The notes under the pieces are model-generated. The model saw only the letters and a list, made by a program, of their open reading frames with translations, searched no databases and was not told where the DNA came from. Below are positions 50,988 to 60,418 of a stretch of 64,000 bases of DNA, one piece after another. The stretch is taken from assembly GCA_963705215.1 (NCBI GenBank), contig CAVPJI010000010.1, positions 104,564-168,563 on the forward strand, given 5' to 3'. The translations under genes were made by a program, and so were the position numbers. The stretch's first letter is position 1. Every line of letters starts with the position of its first letter. This stretch comes from an uncultured Chloroflexia bacterium (GTDB lineage Bacteria; Chloroflexota; Limnocylindria; Limnocylindrales; CSP1-4).

Positions 50988-52712
50988 ATGACCGTCCTGC
51001 GCGCCTATCGCCAGCTGCTCGGCAACGCGCCGCTGACCAGGCTGCTCGTCGGCGAGTTCGTCTCGTCGATCGGCGACTGGCTCTCCCTCGTCGCGATCCT
51101 CATCCTCGTGTACCAGGTAACCGAGGACCCGTTCATCCTCGGCCTCGTCGGGGCCGCCCGCGTTCTCCCTTATGTCTTCCTGTCGGTGCCCGCCGGCATC
51201 GTGGCCGACCGCTTCGACCGGCGGCTCATCCTCCTCTCGACGGACGTCGCCCGCGGGATCCTCATGCTCGTCATTGCCGCGGTCGTCTTTGTCGACGGGC
51301 CGATCTGGCTGGTCATCGCCCTCGTGATCGGGGCGACCTGCTTCGCCACGTTCTTCGGGCCGGCGATCGGCGCCTACCTGCCGAACCTCGTCGAGGACGA
51401 GGAGCAGCTGGGCCCGGCCAACAGCGCCTGGGCGACGCTCGACAACCTGGCCTACATGGTCGGCCCCGCGGTCGCGGGCATCCTCATCGCGACTGGCGGT
51501 CTCGTGATCGCGTTTCTCCTCAATGCCGCCAGCTTCGCCGTGATCGCGGTCGTGCTGTGGGGGCTGCCCCGGAACGTCGCGGGCCCAGCTTCCGAGGCGG
51601 CCACGATCGCGCCCGGTGCCGCGCCGGGCGTGACACCCGGCGCGGAGACAGCGCCGACAGAGCGAGCGGCGCCTGCGTCCCTCCCTGTCCCCGCGATCGA
51701 GAAGCGCGTCCTCGTGCCGATCCTCGGGCTCGCCCTGATCGACGTCACCGGAGCTGCTGTAGGCGGCGGCCTCTCGGTGCTCACCGTGGTCATTGCCACG
51801 ACCGGGCTCGGCGGTGGCGAGGAGGCGACCGGGTTCCTCAACGCGGGAATCGGGCTCGGTGGTTTCATCGGCGCGCTCGTCGCGGGTGCCCTGGTGCTGC
51901 GCCCCAGCCTCGTCCCGCTGCTGGTTGGCGGATCGCTGGTGTACGCGATCGGCCTCGTGGCCCTCGGGTTCGCACCGGCCCTGGGAGCCGCGATCGCGGC
52001 CATCACGATCGCGGCCGCCGGCAGCCTCGTGATCGAGGTCTCGAGCATGACGGTCTTTCAGCGGGTGGTGCCGGACGCCATCCGTGGCCGAACGCTCGGG
52101 ATCATGAATACGATCTCCGTTGTCGCCCTCGCCATCGGGTCGTTCGTGGTCCCCGTCCTCGCCGACGCCGTGGGCACAGGTCCGGTCATGGCCGTGTGCG
52201 GCGTGGCCGTCGCCGTGGCCGGGCTCGTGGGCGCGCTCATGGCGGCCTCGGCCGCGCGACGCAGGGCGGGTTCCGCGGCCGACGTCCGCGTGAACCGGCT
52301 GGCCGGCCTGCCCTTGTTCGCGGGCGTGCCCGCAGCGGCCCTCGAAGCTGTGGCGGTGCGCATGGCACCGGTCCGGGTCACCGCCGGCGAGGTCGTCATC
52401 CGCGAGGGCGACGTGGCCGACCGCTTCTACCTGATCGACGAGGGCTCGTTCGCCGTGACGCGGCTGGTGGGCAGCGACCCCGCATCGGAGGCCACCGTGG
52501 TCGAGCACCTACGGACGATGGGGCCGGACGAGGTCTTCGGCGAGATTGGCCTGCTGCGCGGGATCCCGCGGACGGCAACCGTGACGGCCGCCACCGATGG
52601 CGCCCTCCTGGCCCTCGACGGGGCCGACTTCCTGGAGCTCGTGAACGCCGGCCCGCTCGTGAGGCCGCGCCTCATGGACCTGCATCGGGGGGCCCCGGGC
52701 GCAGGCTCCTGA
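50988..52712 (+). CDS. MFS transporter fused to a C-terminal cyclic-nucleotide-binding (CAP-effector) domain.
   Basis: 12 TM MFS core, then …FYLIDEGSFAVTRL…GEIGLLRGIPRTATVTA…, the cNMP-binding signature. Confidence 0.75.
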   Translation: MTVLRAYRQLLGNAPLTRLLVGEFVSSIGDWLSLVAILILVYQVTEDPFILGLVGAARVLPYVFLSVPAGIVADRFDRRLILLSTDVARGILMLVIAAVVFVDGPIWLVIALVIGATCFATFFGPAIGAYLPNLVEDEEQLGPANSAWATLDNLAYMVGPAVAGILIATGGLVIAFLLNAASFAVIAVVLWGLPRNVAGPASEAATIAPGAAPGVTPGAETAPTERAAPASLPVPAIEKRVLVPILGLALIDVTGAAVGGGLSVLTVVIATTGLGGGEEATGFLNAGIGLGGFIGALVAGALVLRPSLVPLLVGGSLVYAIGLVALGFAPALGAAIAAITIAAAGSLVIEVSSMTVFQRVVPDAIRGRTLGIMNTISVVALAIGSFVVPVLADAVGTGPVMAVCGVAVAVAGLVGALMAASAARRRAGSAADVRVNRLAGLPLFAGVPAAALEAVAVRMAPVRVTAGEVVIREGDVADRFYLIDEGSFAVTRLVGSDPASEATVVEHLRTMGPDEVFGEIGLLRGIPRTATVTAATDGALLALDGADFLELVNAGPLVRPRLMDLHRGAPGAGS

Positions 52713-53092
52713 GCGGGTCGCGGCGGCGCGTCGGCGGGGCTCGGCGCTCTACGCCGCCGGGAGTCTCATTCACATTCCCTGGGCATGCGGGAGCCCAAGA
52801 CACTGATCGGCCAATTCCGCGCAGGTCCCGGCGTGCCCGTCGGGCGCCCTGGACCTGCCGCCAAGCGTGGAGGACGGCACGTCTGAGCCTCGGAGGCGCT
52901 CTGCACGGTCGCCATCGGCCGGCGATGACTCGACGGGCGACCTTCGGCGGGTGTGTGGCGGTGAAATGTGAATGGCACTCCCGAAGGGGCAGTGTCCGCG
53001 GATGGCGCGCGGCGCCCGGGGCGTTGATGCCTGGGCGTGGCGACGGTGCTTGCTCGGGGTGCCAGACTACCGGGGCGGCCGCCGCCCGCCGC

Positions 53093-53929
53093 TTACCGCG
53101 TGGGCGGCTCCGAGGCGGTCGCGGCCAGGATCGCCTTCACCTCGAACGGCGACGCAGCCGGGTGCTTCGCCCGCACGAGCGCGGCGTAGCCGGCCATGTG
53201 CGGCGCGGCGAACGAGTTGCCGGTCGCGATCATCCGGCCGCCGTCGCGCCATGCGATGTCCACGTCGACGCCGTGGGCGCCAAACTCCACCGGCGGATCC
53301 GGGTTGTAAAACCAGGCCGAGGCGTCGGCGAGATCGTGGGCGGCCACGGAGACGACCGAGGCGAAGAGCGATGGGTAGCTGTTGCCGGGCACGTTGTTGG
53401 CGGCACACACCAACAGCACATTGGCGAAGTAGGCCTGGTCGGCGAGATCGTGGAAGAGGCCAAACAGGGCTTCGCTCTTGGACGAAAGGCTCAGGTTCAC
53501 GACCGTGGCCCCCTGCTCGATCGCCCAGTCGAGGCCCGCGGCGAAGACCATCCCCTTGCCCCGGTTGTCGGGCCCGAGGACGCGCACGGAGATGAGATCG
53601 GCGCCGGGCGCGATGGCGTGGATGATCCCCGCGCAGGCGGTGCCGTGGCCCACGACGTCCAGTGCCTCGGGATCCTCGACCACGACGGGGTCATCGTCCG
53701 GGTCCGCGGCGAGCTCCACCCGGACGCTGCGCACCAACTTCCCGCCGACGGCCGGATGGTCGCGCTCCACGCCCGAGTCGATGATCGCGATCGTGACCCC
53801 GGTGCCGTCCGTCCCGCCGAGCGCCCAGTCGCGGTCCAGCTTCCCGAAGGGCGCCTCGCGCCGGAGGCCGGCGAGACGGGCGCCGACGAAGGGCTCGCTC
53901 CAGGCGGGAAGGAGCTCCTCCTCGCTCAT
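53093..53929 (-). CDS. S8-family (subtilisin-like) serine peptidase, with no signal peptide, so probably intracellular.
   Basis: IAIIDSGV (Asp), VGHGTACAG (His), GNSFAAPHMAG (Ser). Confidence 0.75.
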   Translation of the reverse strand: MSEEELLPAWSEPFVGARLAGLRREAPFGKLDRDWALGGTDGTGVTIAIIDSGVERDHPAVGGKLVRSVRVELAADPDDDPVVVEDPEALDVVGHGTACAGIIHAIAPGADLISVRVLGPDNRGKGMVFAAGLDWAIEQGATVVNLSLSSKSEALFGLFHDLADQAYFANVLLVCAANNVPGNSYPSLFASVVSVAAHDLADASAWFYNPDPPVEFGAHGVDVDIAWRDGGRMIATGNSFAAPHMAGYAALVRAKHPAASPFEVKAILAATASEPPTR

Positions 53930-54792
53930 CGACCCGGCGCGCGGCGGCGAAGCCCGCGCCCGCCCGCGCCGCCGCGCCCACCGGCGCCCCGCAGCCCGCT
54001 CGAGTCCCGTTCGGCCTGGCGCACGAGCACGTCGAGGAGCGCGGCCACCAGCTCCACCTGGTCGGGGGCAGCTCGGCGCAGCGCGGCCACCCGCTCGACG
54101 AGGGGCCAGAGCGGGTCGTCCGGACCACCGACGTCAGAGACCGCGGCGGCGACGAGCGCCTCCACGCCATCGATTGGGGCCGCGTCCCCGGCCAGCGTGC
54201 CGAGCACGTCCGCGAGGAGAGCGGCGACGTCGCGCTCCACGCGGCTCGCCCGGATCGCGACCGACGCCTGGCGGGCGAAGGCACTGGCCAGCTCCACGTC
54301 ACGGATCGAGAAGGCCGCCTCGGTCCGCTTGTCGAGCACCTCCAGCACGCCGATCGTGCCCCGCTCGTCGACGAGCGGCACGGCGACGATCGAGCGCGGC
54401 ACGTACTGGGTCTGCTCGGCGAAGGTCCGCCCGAACCGGGGGTCGCGGGCAACGTCGGAGATCGCGAGCGCCTGGCCCGTCGAGAAGACGTAGCCAACGA
54501 GACCGCGGTCGGGCGGGATCTCGAGGCCAACGACGCCCTGGCCCTCGGCGCCGGCGGCGACGCGGAAGACGAGCAGGTTGCGGGCGGCGTCGAAGAGGGC
54601 GAGCGAAGCGGCTTCGGCGTCGAAGAGGAGAGCGGCCGCCTCCACGATCGAACGGAGGACCGCCTCGGTGCCGCCCATCTCCAGGCGGCGCGCGATCTCG
54701 GCGCGCCGGCCGATCGCCGCCAGCGCCTCGCGGGCGGCCGCGAGGTCGGGCGCTTCGCCGGCTCCCCGTTCGGTCCCTTCGCCCTCGCTCAT
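53926..54792 (-). CDS. GAF-domain protein. Its start overlaps the crp-like stop and its stop overlaps the S8 peptidase start.
   Basis: GAF core (…LVGYVFSTGQALAISDVARDPRF…SIVAVPLVDERGTIGVLEVLD). Starts at MSEGEGT in ORF 53926..54951. Confidence 0.65.
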   Translation of the reverse strand: MSEGEGTERGAGEAPDLAAAREALAAIGRRAEIARRLEMGGTEAVLRSIVEAAALLFDAEAASLALFDAARNLLVFRVAAGAEGQGVVGLEIPPDRGLVGYVFSTGQALAISDVARDPRFGRTFAEQTQYVPRSIVAVPLVDERGTIGVLEVLDKRTEAAFSIRDVELASAFARQASVAIRASRVERDVAALLADVLGTLAGDAAPIDGVEALVAAAVSDVGGPDDPLWPLVERVAALRRAAPDQVELVAALLDVLVRQAERDSSGLRGAGGRGGAGGRGLRRRAPGR

Positions 54793-55493
54793 CGCTCCGC
54801 GGCCCGTTCGAGGCGCTCGAGATCCGGGACGATGAGGGTCTCCTTCTCGATCCGGATCAGCCCCTCGGCCGCGAAGTCCGCGAGCAGACGGTTCACAGTC
54901 TGGCGCGTCCCCCCGATCATCGATGCCAGCTCCGACTGGGAGAACGGCCACGATAGCCTGATCTCACCACGCGCGTCCGGGTCGGCCTCGAGGGCCATGC
55001 GCACGATGCGCCGTGCCAGGCGGCCGGGCAGGTTGAGGAAGTGGAGCTCGCCGACATGGTACGTGAGGCGGCGCAGCTCGCCGACAAGGCCCGCGAACAG
55101 CGCGCGCCGCAAGCCGGGATCCTCATCCACGAGTCGGTCGAAGGCATCCCGACGGAGGACGAGAGCCTCTGTGGCCTCGAGGGCGATCGCGGTGGCGGAA
55201 TGGTCCGCGCCATCAAGGAGCGCCAGCTCGCCGAAGAAGTCGCCGGCGTTGAGGGTTGCGATGATGGCGCCCTCCTCGCCCTCGGGATCAGGGAGGACGA
55301 TCTTCACGGCGCCGCTCTCGATGACGTACAGGGAGTCGCCCGGATCCCCCTGGTGGAAGATCGTCTCGTTGCGCCGGTAGCGCCTGCTGCGCAACGAATC
55401 CATGCAGTGCGCCAGCGTCTCGTCGTCGAGTCGCGAGAAGAGGATGCAGCGTCGCAGCGCCTCTGCGGCATTGGCCCGCTCGTCCGCTGGCAC
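54789..55493 (-). CDS. Crp/Fnr-family transcriptional regulator.
   Basis: cNMP-binding domain (…GDFFGELALLDG…RSATA…) plus C-terminal HTH (SQSELASMIGGTRQTVNRLL). Confidence 0.8.
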   Translation of the reverse strand: MPADERANAAEALRRCILFSRLDDETLAHCMDSLRSRRYRRNETIFHQGDPGDSLYVIESGAVKIVLPDPEGEEGAIIATLNAGDFFGELALLDGADHSATAIALEATEALVLRRDAFDRLVDEDPGLRRALFAGLVGELRRLTYHVGELHFLNLPGRLARRIVRMALEADPDARGEIRLSWPFSQSELASMIGGTRQTVNRLLADFAAEGLIRIEKETLIVPDLERLERAAER

Positions 55494-55642
55494 TCAGCCC
55501 TCCCGCATTTGCCCTGGCCTCAACGGGCGAATGCTACGAGCCGCGGCTGGGCGTCGCAATGGGGCGGCGCGAGAATGAACCGAGGGCGGGCCCCCCGGCC
55601 CGCCCTCGGCGCCTTGCGTGCTCGATCCCAGTGAGGCCGCGG

Positions 55643-56264
55643 TCAGTCCTTGCGGCGGATGGCCCGCTTGGCCTCGCTGATCAGGTTGCTGCGAGAGGCG
55701 GCACGCTGGATGTCGTGCTCCTTGGCGCGGGCAAGATCCCGCGCAAGGACCGGGTTCATCGTCCCGATCATGTGGCCCTCGACGTCGACCTCGCCGATGC
55801 CCTTGGCCTTCTTGACTCCCTCGGGCGCCTTGGCCTTCTTGACGTGGCCCTCGACGTCGTCCTCGACGGCCCTGCTCTTGATGACGCCGTCGGGGGCCTT
55901 CTGCTTGATAGACGTGGCCCTCGACGTCGTCCTCGACGGCCTTGCTCTTGATGACGCCGTCGGGGGCCTTCTGCTTGATCACGTGGCCTTCGACGTCGTC
56001 CTCGACGGCCTTGCTCTTGATGACGCCGTCGGGGGAGCTCTTCTTGTAGACGTGGCCCTCGACGTCGTCCTCGACGGCCTTGCTCTTGATGACGCCGTCG
56101 GGGGCCTTCTTCTTGATAGACGTGGCCTTCGACGTCGTCCTCGACGGCCTTGCTCTTGATGACGCCGTCGGGGGCGCTTCTTCTTGATAGACGTGGCCTT
56201 CGACGTCGTCCTCGACGGCCTTGCTCTTGATGACGCCGTCGGGGGCCCTCTGCTTGCTTGTCAT
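55643..56264 (-). pseudogene. Repeat protein with about 6 tandem 23-aa units (APDGVIKSKAVEDDVEGHVYK-K) and a conserved tail (…GHMIGTMNPVLARDLARAKEHDIQRAASRSNLISEAKRAIRRKD). The frame is broken because three of the DNA repeat units are 70-71 bp instead of 69.
   Basis: I translated the minus strand manually. The frame is lost after unit 1, restored after unit 2, and lost again after unit 5. The listed ORF 55494..56264 continues out of frame. The sensible C-terminus is in the +1 frame and ends at about 55643. Confidence 0.5.
55842..56261 (-). repeat. Tandem array of six 69-71 bp units (GACGTGGCC-CTCGACGTCGTCCTCGACGGCCTTGCTCTTGATGACGCCGTCGGGGGCCTTCT-GCTTGATA). The periods are 70, 69, 69, 70 and 71 bp.
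   Basis: Seen directly on the plus strand. The ACGTGGCC anchors are at about 55842, 55912, 55981, 56050, 56120 and 56191. Confidence 0.85.
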
Positions 56265-56441
56265 GTGCGGTCCTCCTTGGGGATCGAGTGGTCCGGACTG
56301 CGCCGGTGCCCGGATGATGCTCGTGCGGGGGGTCCGGGTAAAGGGGCGATCTGACCGCCGACCTGTCGTCCTCGCGACAGGCGCCGGGTCGCAGCCGATC
56401 GAGTCCGGCGACGCCCGCGATCGGAGCCGCCCGCCGCCCCG

Positions 56442-56873
56442 TCAGGGGCGCTGGACGGGCCGCATGGGGAAGACGCCGATCACGAGGGGGCTCGTCGGAT
56501 CCAGGAGGAGCTCGTAGCCAACGTCGCCCTGGCGGAGCAGGTCGCCCAGCAGTCCCGTCTCGCGCTCCGGCAGGCCGATGAAGATCCGCTGGCCGTCGAC
56601 GTCGACGCCTGAGACATCGTCGTCCGCGCCATTCAGGCCGAAACGCCGGCGCAGCTCGTGGAGTGGCACGTACGGGCGGCTCTTGATGAATCTGCGCAGC
56701 TGGGCCTGGGTGCAGGGTGTCGGCGGCTCCGGCGCGGCTCCGTCAGGCCCAGGCATCGCGGCGGACACCTCGGCTGCGGGCGCGTCCACGAGCGCGGGCG
56801 CGGCGGGGCCGGCCGGAGGCGCGGCGGAGAGGATCTCGTGCTGGGCCGTGGGCTCCAGCCGCTGGTCGCTCAT
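56442..56873 (-). CDS. Hypothetical protein of about 143 aa.
   Basis: ORF with a Pro/Ala-rich N-terminal half and a structured C-terminal half (…LRRFIKSRPYVPLHELRRRFGLNG…). No family recognised. Confidence 0.35.
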   Translation of the reverse strand: MSDQRLEPTAQHEILSAAPPAGPAAPALVDAPAAEVSAAMPGPDGAAPEPPTPCTQAQLRRFIKSRPYVPLHELRRRFGLNGADDDVSGVDVDGQRIFIGLPERETGLLGDLLRQGDVGYELLLDPTSPLVIGVFPMRPVQRP

Positions 56874-57114
56874 CGGGGCAGCTCCGCGGCTCACGCCGCG
56901 CATGACGGACGGATGGGCTGGCCGGCGCGGGCCGGCTGGGCAGGATCATACCGCCGGTCCTCGACGGGTGCCGCCGGACGGCCTGAGCGTGGCCGGCGGC
57001 GGACCTGTCGGTCGGCGGCCCCCGCGCGCGGCGGGCCGGCGCGCGCCGCGTCGGGCATGGGAAGGCCGCCGCCCGGGAGGGCGACGGCCGTTCGGGGCGC
57101 CGAGGAGGCGGACG

Positions 57115-57345
57115 TCAGGCGCGGTGGTGACCCACGGCGATCCGGGGCCCAGGCCGCACATGGACGTGCCGGAGGCGCGTCACGAGCGCAGCGCTCGAGT
57201 GGATGACGGCGCGTAGCTCGCTGGTGAGCCAATGGGTGCGCGTGCTGCCAGCCCGAGCTTCCGCCGCGAGGCGGCGAGCCTGCATCTCGGTCATCCGGTC
57301 GCCAACACGTCCCTGGACCTGGAGTGGAGTGCTGTGGTCGATCAT
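57115..57345 (-). CDS. Small hypothetical ORF (76 aa) with a strong RBS (GAAGGGGGA) inside an otherwise non-coding stretch of about 820 bp.
   Basis: MIDHSTPLQVQGRVGDRMTEMQARRLAAEARAG…. The RBS is 6 nt upstream of the ATG. No homology recognised. Confidence 0.2.
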   Translation of the reverse strand: MIDHSTPLQVQGRVGDRMTEMQARRLAAEARAGSTRTHWLTSELRAVIHSSAALVTRLRHVHVRPGPRIAVGHHRA

Positions 57346-57722
57346 CGGAGTCCCCCTTCGCGCCCCGGTCCCCCTTGCGTCTCGGCTCCCGGAGTCAAGG
57401 GGATGGTGCGCCGATGCATGCCGCAGCGGTAGCGGCTGGGCGACCTCTCGGGCGCCGCCCGCGCGCCAGGGACGCGGACGGCCAGGCGCCCGTCTGGGTG
57501 TCGCCACCCGGACAGCATGCCCCGGACCCGATGCGGGCGGTGGGCGGTGCCCGGGGGCCGTCCGCCGGGTGCGCGGGGCCCGGGGACGTGCTCCTGGAGC
57601 ACATCGGCTGACCCGCCTCGCGGGGCCATGTCACCTGCAGCGGTGGGCGGTCCGGACCTGGTCCGCATGAGGGCACCGGCGAACGTCGCGGGAACGGCGC
57701 CGCACGGCCGCGAACGCCTCGC

Positions 57723-58892
57723 CTACCCCGTGACGACCAACAGGTGGCGGGGCGCCTCGTTGAGGACGATCGGGCCATCCTCGCCGCACACGACGATGTC
57801 CTCGATCCGGGCGCCGTAGCGGCCCTCGAGGTAGATCCCGGGCTCGATGCTGAAGGCCATTCCGGGCTCGAGCAGCTCGGCGTTGCCGGCCACGATGTAG
57901 GGGTCCTCGTGACCCTCGAGGCCGATGCCGTGGCCGGTCCGGTGGATGAAGTGCGCACCGTGGTGGGCCGCCGAGATGATCTCGCGGGCGACGAGGTCGA
58001 TCCGCTCGCAGGCGACGCCCGGCCGGACGGCATGGGTCGCCTCGGCCTGGGCAGCCCGGAGAACAGCGTAGAGGCGGAGGAACTCGTCGTCCGGTCCGCA
58101 GGCGGCATCCCCACCGGTCACCCAGATCATCCGCGTGATGTCGCTGCCGTATCCGCCCAGCGGGCCGCCGATGTCGAGCACGATCGGCTCGCCGGCGTGG
58201 ATCACACGGTCGGAGGCGTCGTGGTGCGGTGAAGCAGAGTTCGGCCCGGACGCGACGATCGCGAACTCGGCGCGGTCGTGACCTTCGTCGAGAAGCCGAT
58301 CGCGGATCTCGCGGGCGACGTCGGCCTCGGTCCGCCCGACCAGCCGGCCATGGGCGACCTCGTGGATAACCTGGTCCGCGGCCTGGGCAGCGAGGCGCAG
58401 GAGGGCCACCTCGTCGGAGTCTTTGACGATCCGCAGGTCGCGCAGGACGAGCGAGGCGGGCTCGAACACCACCGTCGGGAGCGCCGCCTGGAACCGCAGG
58501 AGGTGGAGAGCCCAGAGCCGGTCCGACGCACCGAGGCGGCCGACGGTTCGCGGAAGGAGGCCCCGCACGACGGCAACGGGGTCCTCGGTCTCCTCCCACG
58601 TGGCGATCGCGACGTGGCCGCCCGCGGCAGCCGGACAAAGTCGAGCCGGCGCGACCTCCAGCCGCGGCACGACGAGGGTGACGGGCCCCTCTGCAGGGAC
58701 CACGAGCATGGTCAGGCGCTCCAGCGGCATGGCGCCGTAGCCGGCCAGGTAGACGAGGTCCGGGCCGACGCCCACGAGCAGGGCATCGAGCCGGCGGGCT
58801 CGCGCGCCGGCCTGGGCGCGGGCGATCCGCTCGGCGAAGCGAGATCCGGGAATGGCCGGCCGGCCGCTGCCGGCGACGAGAGGGGCGCTCAT
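57723..58892 (-). CDS. M24-family Xaa-Pro aminopeptidase/prolidase.
   Basis: Pita-bread fold metal ligands: D…D (HGTGHGIG), E and E (…SIEPGIY…RIEDIVV). N-terminal creatinase-like domain. Start MSAPLVAG. Confidence 0.8.
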   Translation of the reverse strand: MSAPLVAGSGRPAIPGSRFAERIARAQAGARARRLDALLVGVGPDLVYLAGYGAMPLERLTMLVVPAEGPVTLVVPRLEVAPARLCPAAAGGHVAIATWEETEDPVAVVRGLLPRTVGRLGASDRLWALHLLRFQAALPTVVFEPASLVLRDLRIVKDSDEVALLRLAAQAADQVIHEVAHGRLVGRTEADVAREIRDRLLDEGHDRAEFAIVASGPNSASPHHDASDRVIHAGEPIVLDIGGPLGGYGSDITRMIWVTGGDAACGPDDEFLRLYAVLRAAQAEATHAVRPGVACERIDLVAREIISAAHHGAHFIHRTGHGIGLEGHEDPYIVAGNAELLEPGMAFSIEPGIYLEGRYGARIEDIVVCGEDGPIVLNEAPRHLLVVTG

Positions 58893-59356
58893 GCGCGGGG
58901 TGCCTCCGCGGGGCTGGCGGGGACAGGGACGGCGAGCGTGCCCGGCGCCGGCACCGGGACCCCGAGCCAGGCCGCCAGCGCGGCGTGACCGTCCTCGAAC
59001 AGCTTCCGATACGAGTAGACGCGCTCCGCGCCCGCCGCCAGGGCAGCCGTCCGCAGGGCGCGGTCGTCGTGCTGGCCGACGCACAGGACGCGCAGGCCGG
59101 CGTCCGCCGCCGACCGCGTCATCGCCACGCCGTCGTAGGCGCGGGCGGTGAGGTCGACGATGGCGCGCGACACGGCTCCCGCGAGGAGTATCGCGGCGAA
59201 CGCCTCCGCCGAGCCGGCCCGAATGGGCGTCGCGCCGAGCGTCCGCAGCTGACCGACGAGGCGCGTCGACCAGATCAGGTCGTCCGCCAGGACGGCCACC
59301 GTCTGGGCGGCCGGGCTGGGCGTCCCGGCGGGAGCCCCGAGGTTGGCGCCGCTCAC
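58889..59356 (-). CDS. Stand-alone CheY-like receiver (REC) domain protein, translationally coupled (ATGA) to the M24 peptidase.
   Basis: TVAVLADDL (acidic pair), AIVDL (phospho-acceptor Asp), VLCVGQ, and YSYRKL (Lys), at canonical REC spacings. Confidence 0.5.
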   Translation of the reverse strand: MSGANLGAPAGTPSPAAQTVAVLADDLIWSTRLVGQLRTLGATPIRAGSAEAFAAILLAGAVSRAIVDLTARAYDGVAMTRSAADAGLRVLCVGQHDDRALRTAALAAGAERVYSYRKLFEDGHAALAAWLGVPVPAPGTLAVPVPASPAEAPRA

Positions 59357-60408
59357 CGAACGGTCCAGGTCTCGCCACCCCCGAGCAGCGTCGCGATGTC
59401 GCCCGCGCCCTGCCGAGCGACCGCCTCGCGGATCTGCGCCTCGATCAGCTCGTCGTGCGTGGGCCGGGGGACGTTCCGGATCACGCCGATCGGAACCGGG
59501 AACTCCGGCCAGTAGATCCGGGCGAGCATGTTGTGGATTGTGGGGTCCTCGCTCGTCTCGTCGTGGACGAGGATGTCGGCCTCCGTCACGCCGTCGATGC
59601 CGAGCTGGACGATCTCCGGGCGGAGCCCATCGAGGCGGAGGCCCAGGTCCCGGTTCTTGCCGAAGAGCATCGGCTTGCCATGCTCGAGGATGAGCATCCG
59701 GTCCTCGCGTACGTCGCGATCCGTGAAGATCCGGTGGGCACCGTCGTTGAAGATGTTGCAGTTCTGGAGGACCTCGACGAAGGCCGACCCGCGATGGAAG
59801 CCGGTCTTCTCGATGACACCCTGGATGTGGTCGGCCTGCGTGTCGACGGTGCGGGCCACGAAGCTCGCCTCGGCGGCGAGGGCGATCATGAGCGGGTGGA
59901 TGGGGTAGTCGATCGAGCCGACCGGGGTCGACTTCGTCTTCTGGCCCAGCTCCGAGGTCGGCGACGCCTGGCCCTTCGTAAGGCCGTAGATCCGGTTGTT
60001 GAACATCACGACCCGGATGTCCACGTTCTTGCGCATCGCGTGGAGGATGTGGTTGCCGCCGATCGAGAGGGCGTCGCCGTCACCGGTCACCACCCAGACC
60101 ATGAGGTCCGGGCGGGCCACCTTGAGCCCGGTCGCCAGTGTCGGCGCCCGGCCGTGGATCGAGTGGAAGCCGTACGTGTTCATGTAGTACGGGAAGCGGC
60201 CGGAGCAGCCGATGCCCGAGATGAAGACGATCTTCTCGCGCGGGATCCCGAAGTCGGGCATCACCTTCTGGGTCTGGGCGAGAATCGAGTAGTCGCCGCA
60301 GCCGGGGCACCAGCGTGGGTCCTGGTCGCTGGCGAAGTCCTTCTTGGTGAGCTTCGGGGCCTCGGCGGTGGTCTGCGGCTCGGCGCCCGGGGTCGTCTGC
60401 AGGGTCAT
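59353..60408 (-). CDS. korB: 2-oxoglutarate/2-oxoacid:ferredoxin oxidoreductase beta subunit (TPP-binding).
   Basis: WCPGCGDYSIL…GIGCSGR (Cys cluster), and the GDGD…N TPP motif (VVTGDGDALSIGGNH). Confidence 0.85.
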   Translation of the reverse strand: MTLQTTPGAEPQTTAEAPKLTKKDFASDQDPRWCPGCGDYSILAQTQKVMPDFGIPREKIVFISGIGCSGRFPYYMNTYGFHSIHGRAPTLATGLKVARPDLMVWVVTGDGDALSIGGNHILHAMRKNVDIRVVMFNNRIYGLTKGQASPTSELGQKTKSTPVGSIDYPIHPLMIALAAEASFVARTVDTQADHIQGVIEKTGFHRGSAFVEVLQNCNIFNDGAHRIFTDRDVREDRMLILEHGKPMLFGKNRDLGLRLDGLRPEIVQLGIDGVTEADILVHDETSEDPTIHNMLARIYWPEFPVPIGVIRNVPRPTHDELIEAQIREAVARQGAGDIATLLGGGETWTVR

Positions 60409-60418
60409 CGGGCCGGCC

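Noticed and set aside
56903-57723. Protein-coding genes in the 820-bp gap between the M24 peptidase and the hypothetical 56442..56873 gene
   Set aside because: The ORFs in all frames are low-complexity. Only a 76-aa ORF with a good RBS is kept, at low confidence. The region may instead be a long 5'-UTR or an sRNA locus. I could not resolve it by eye.
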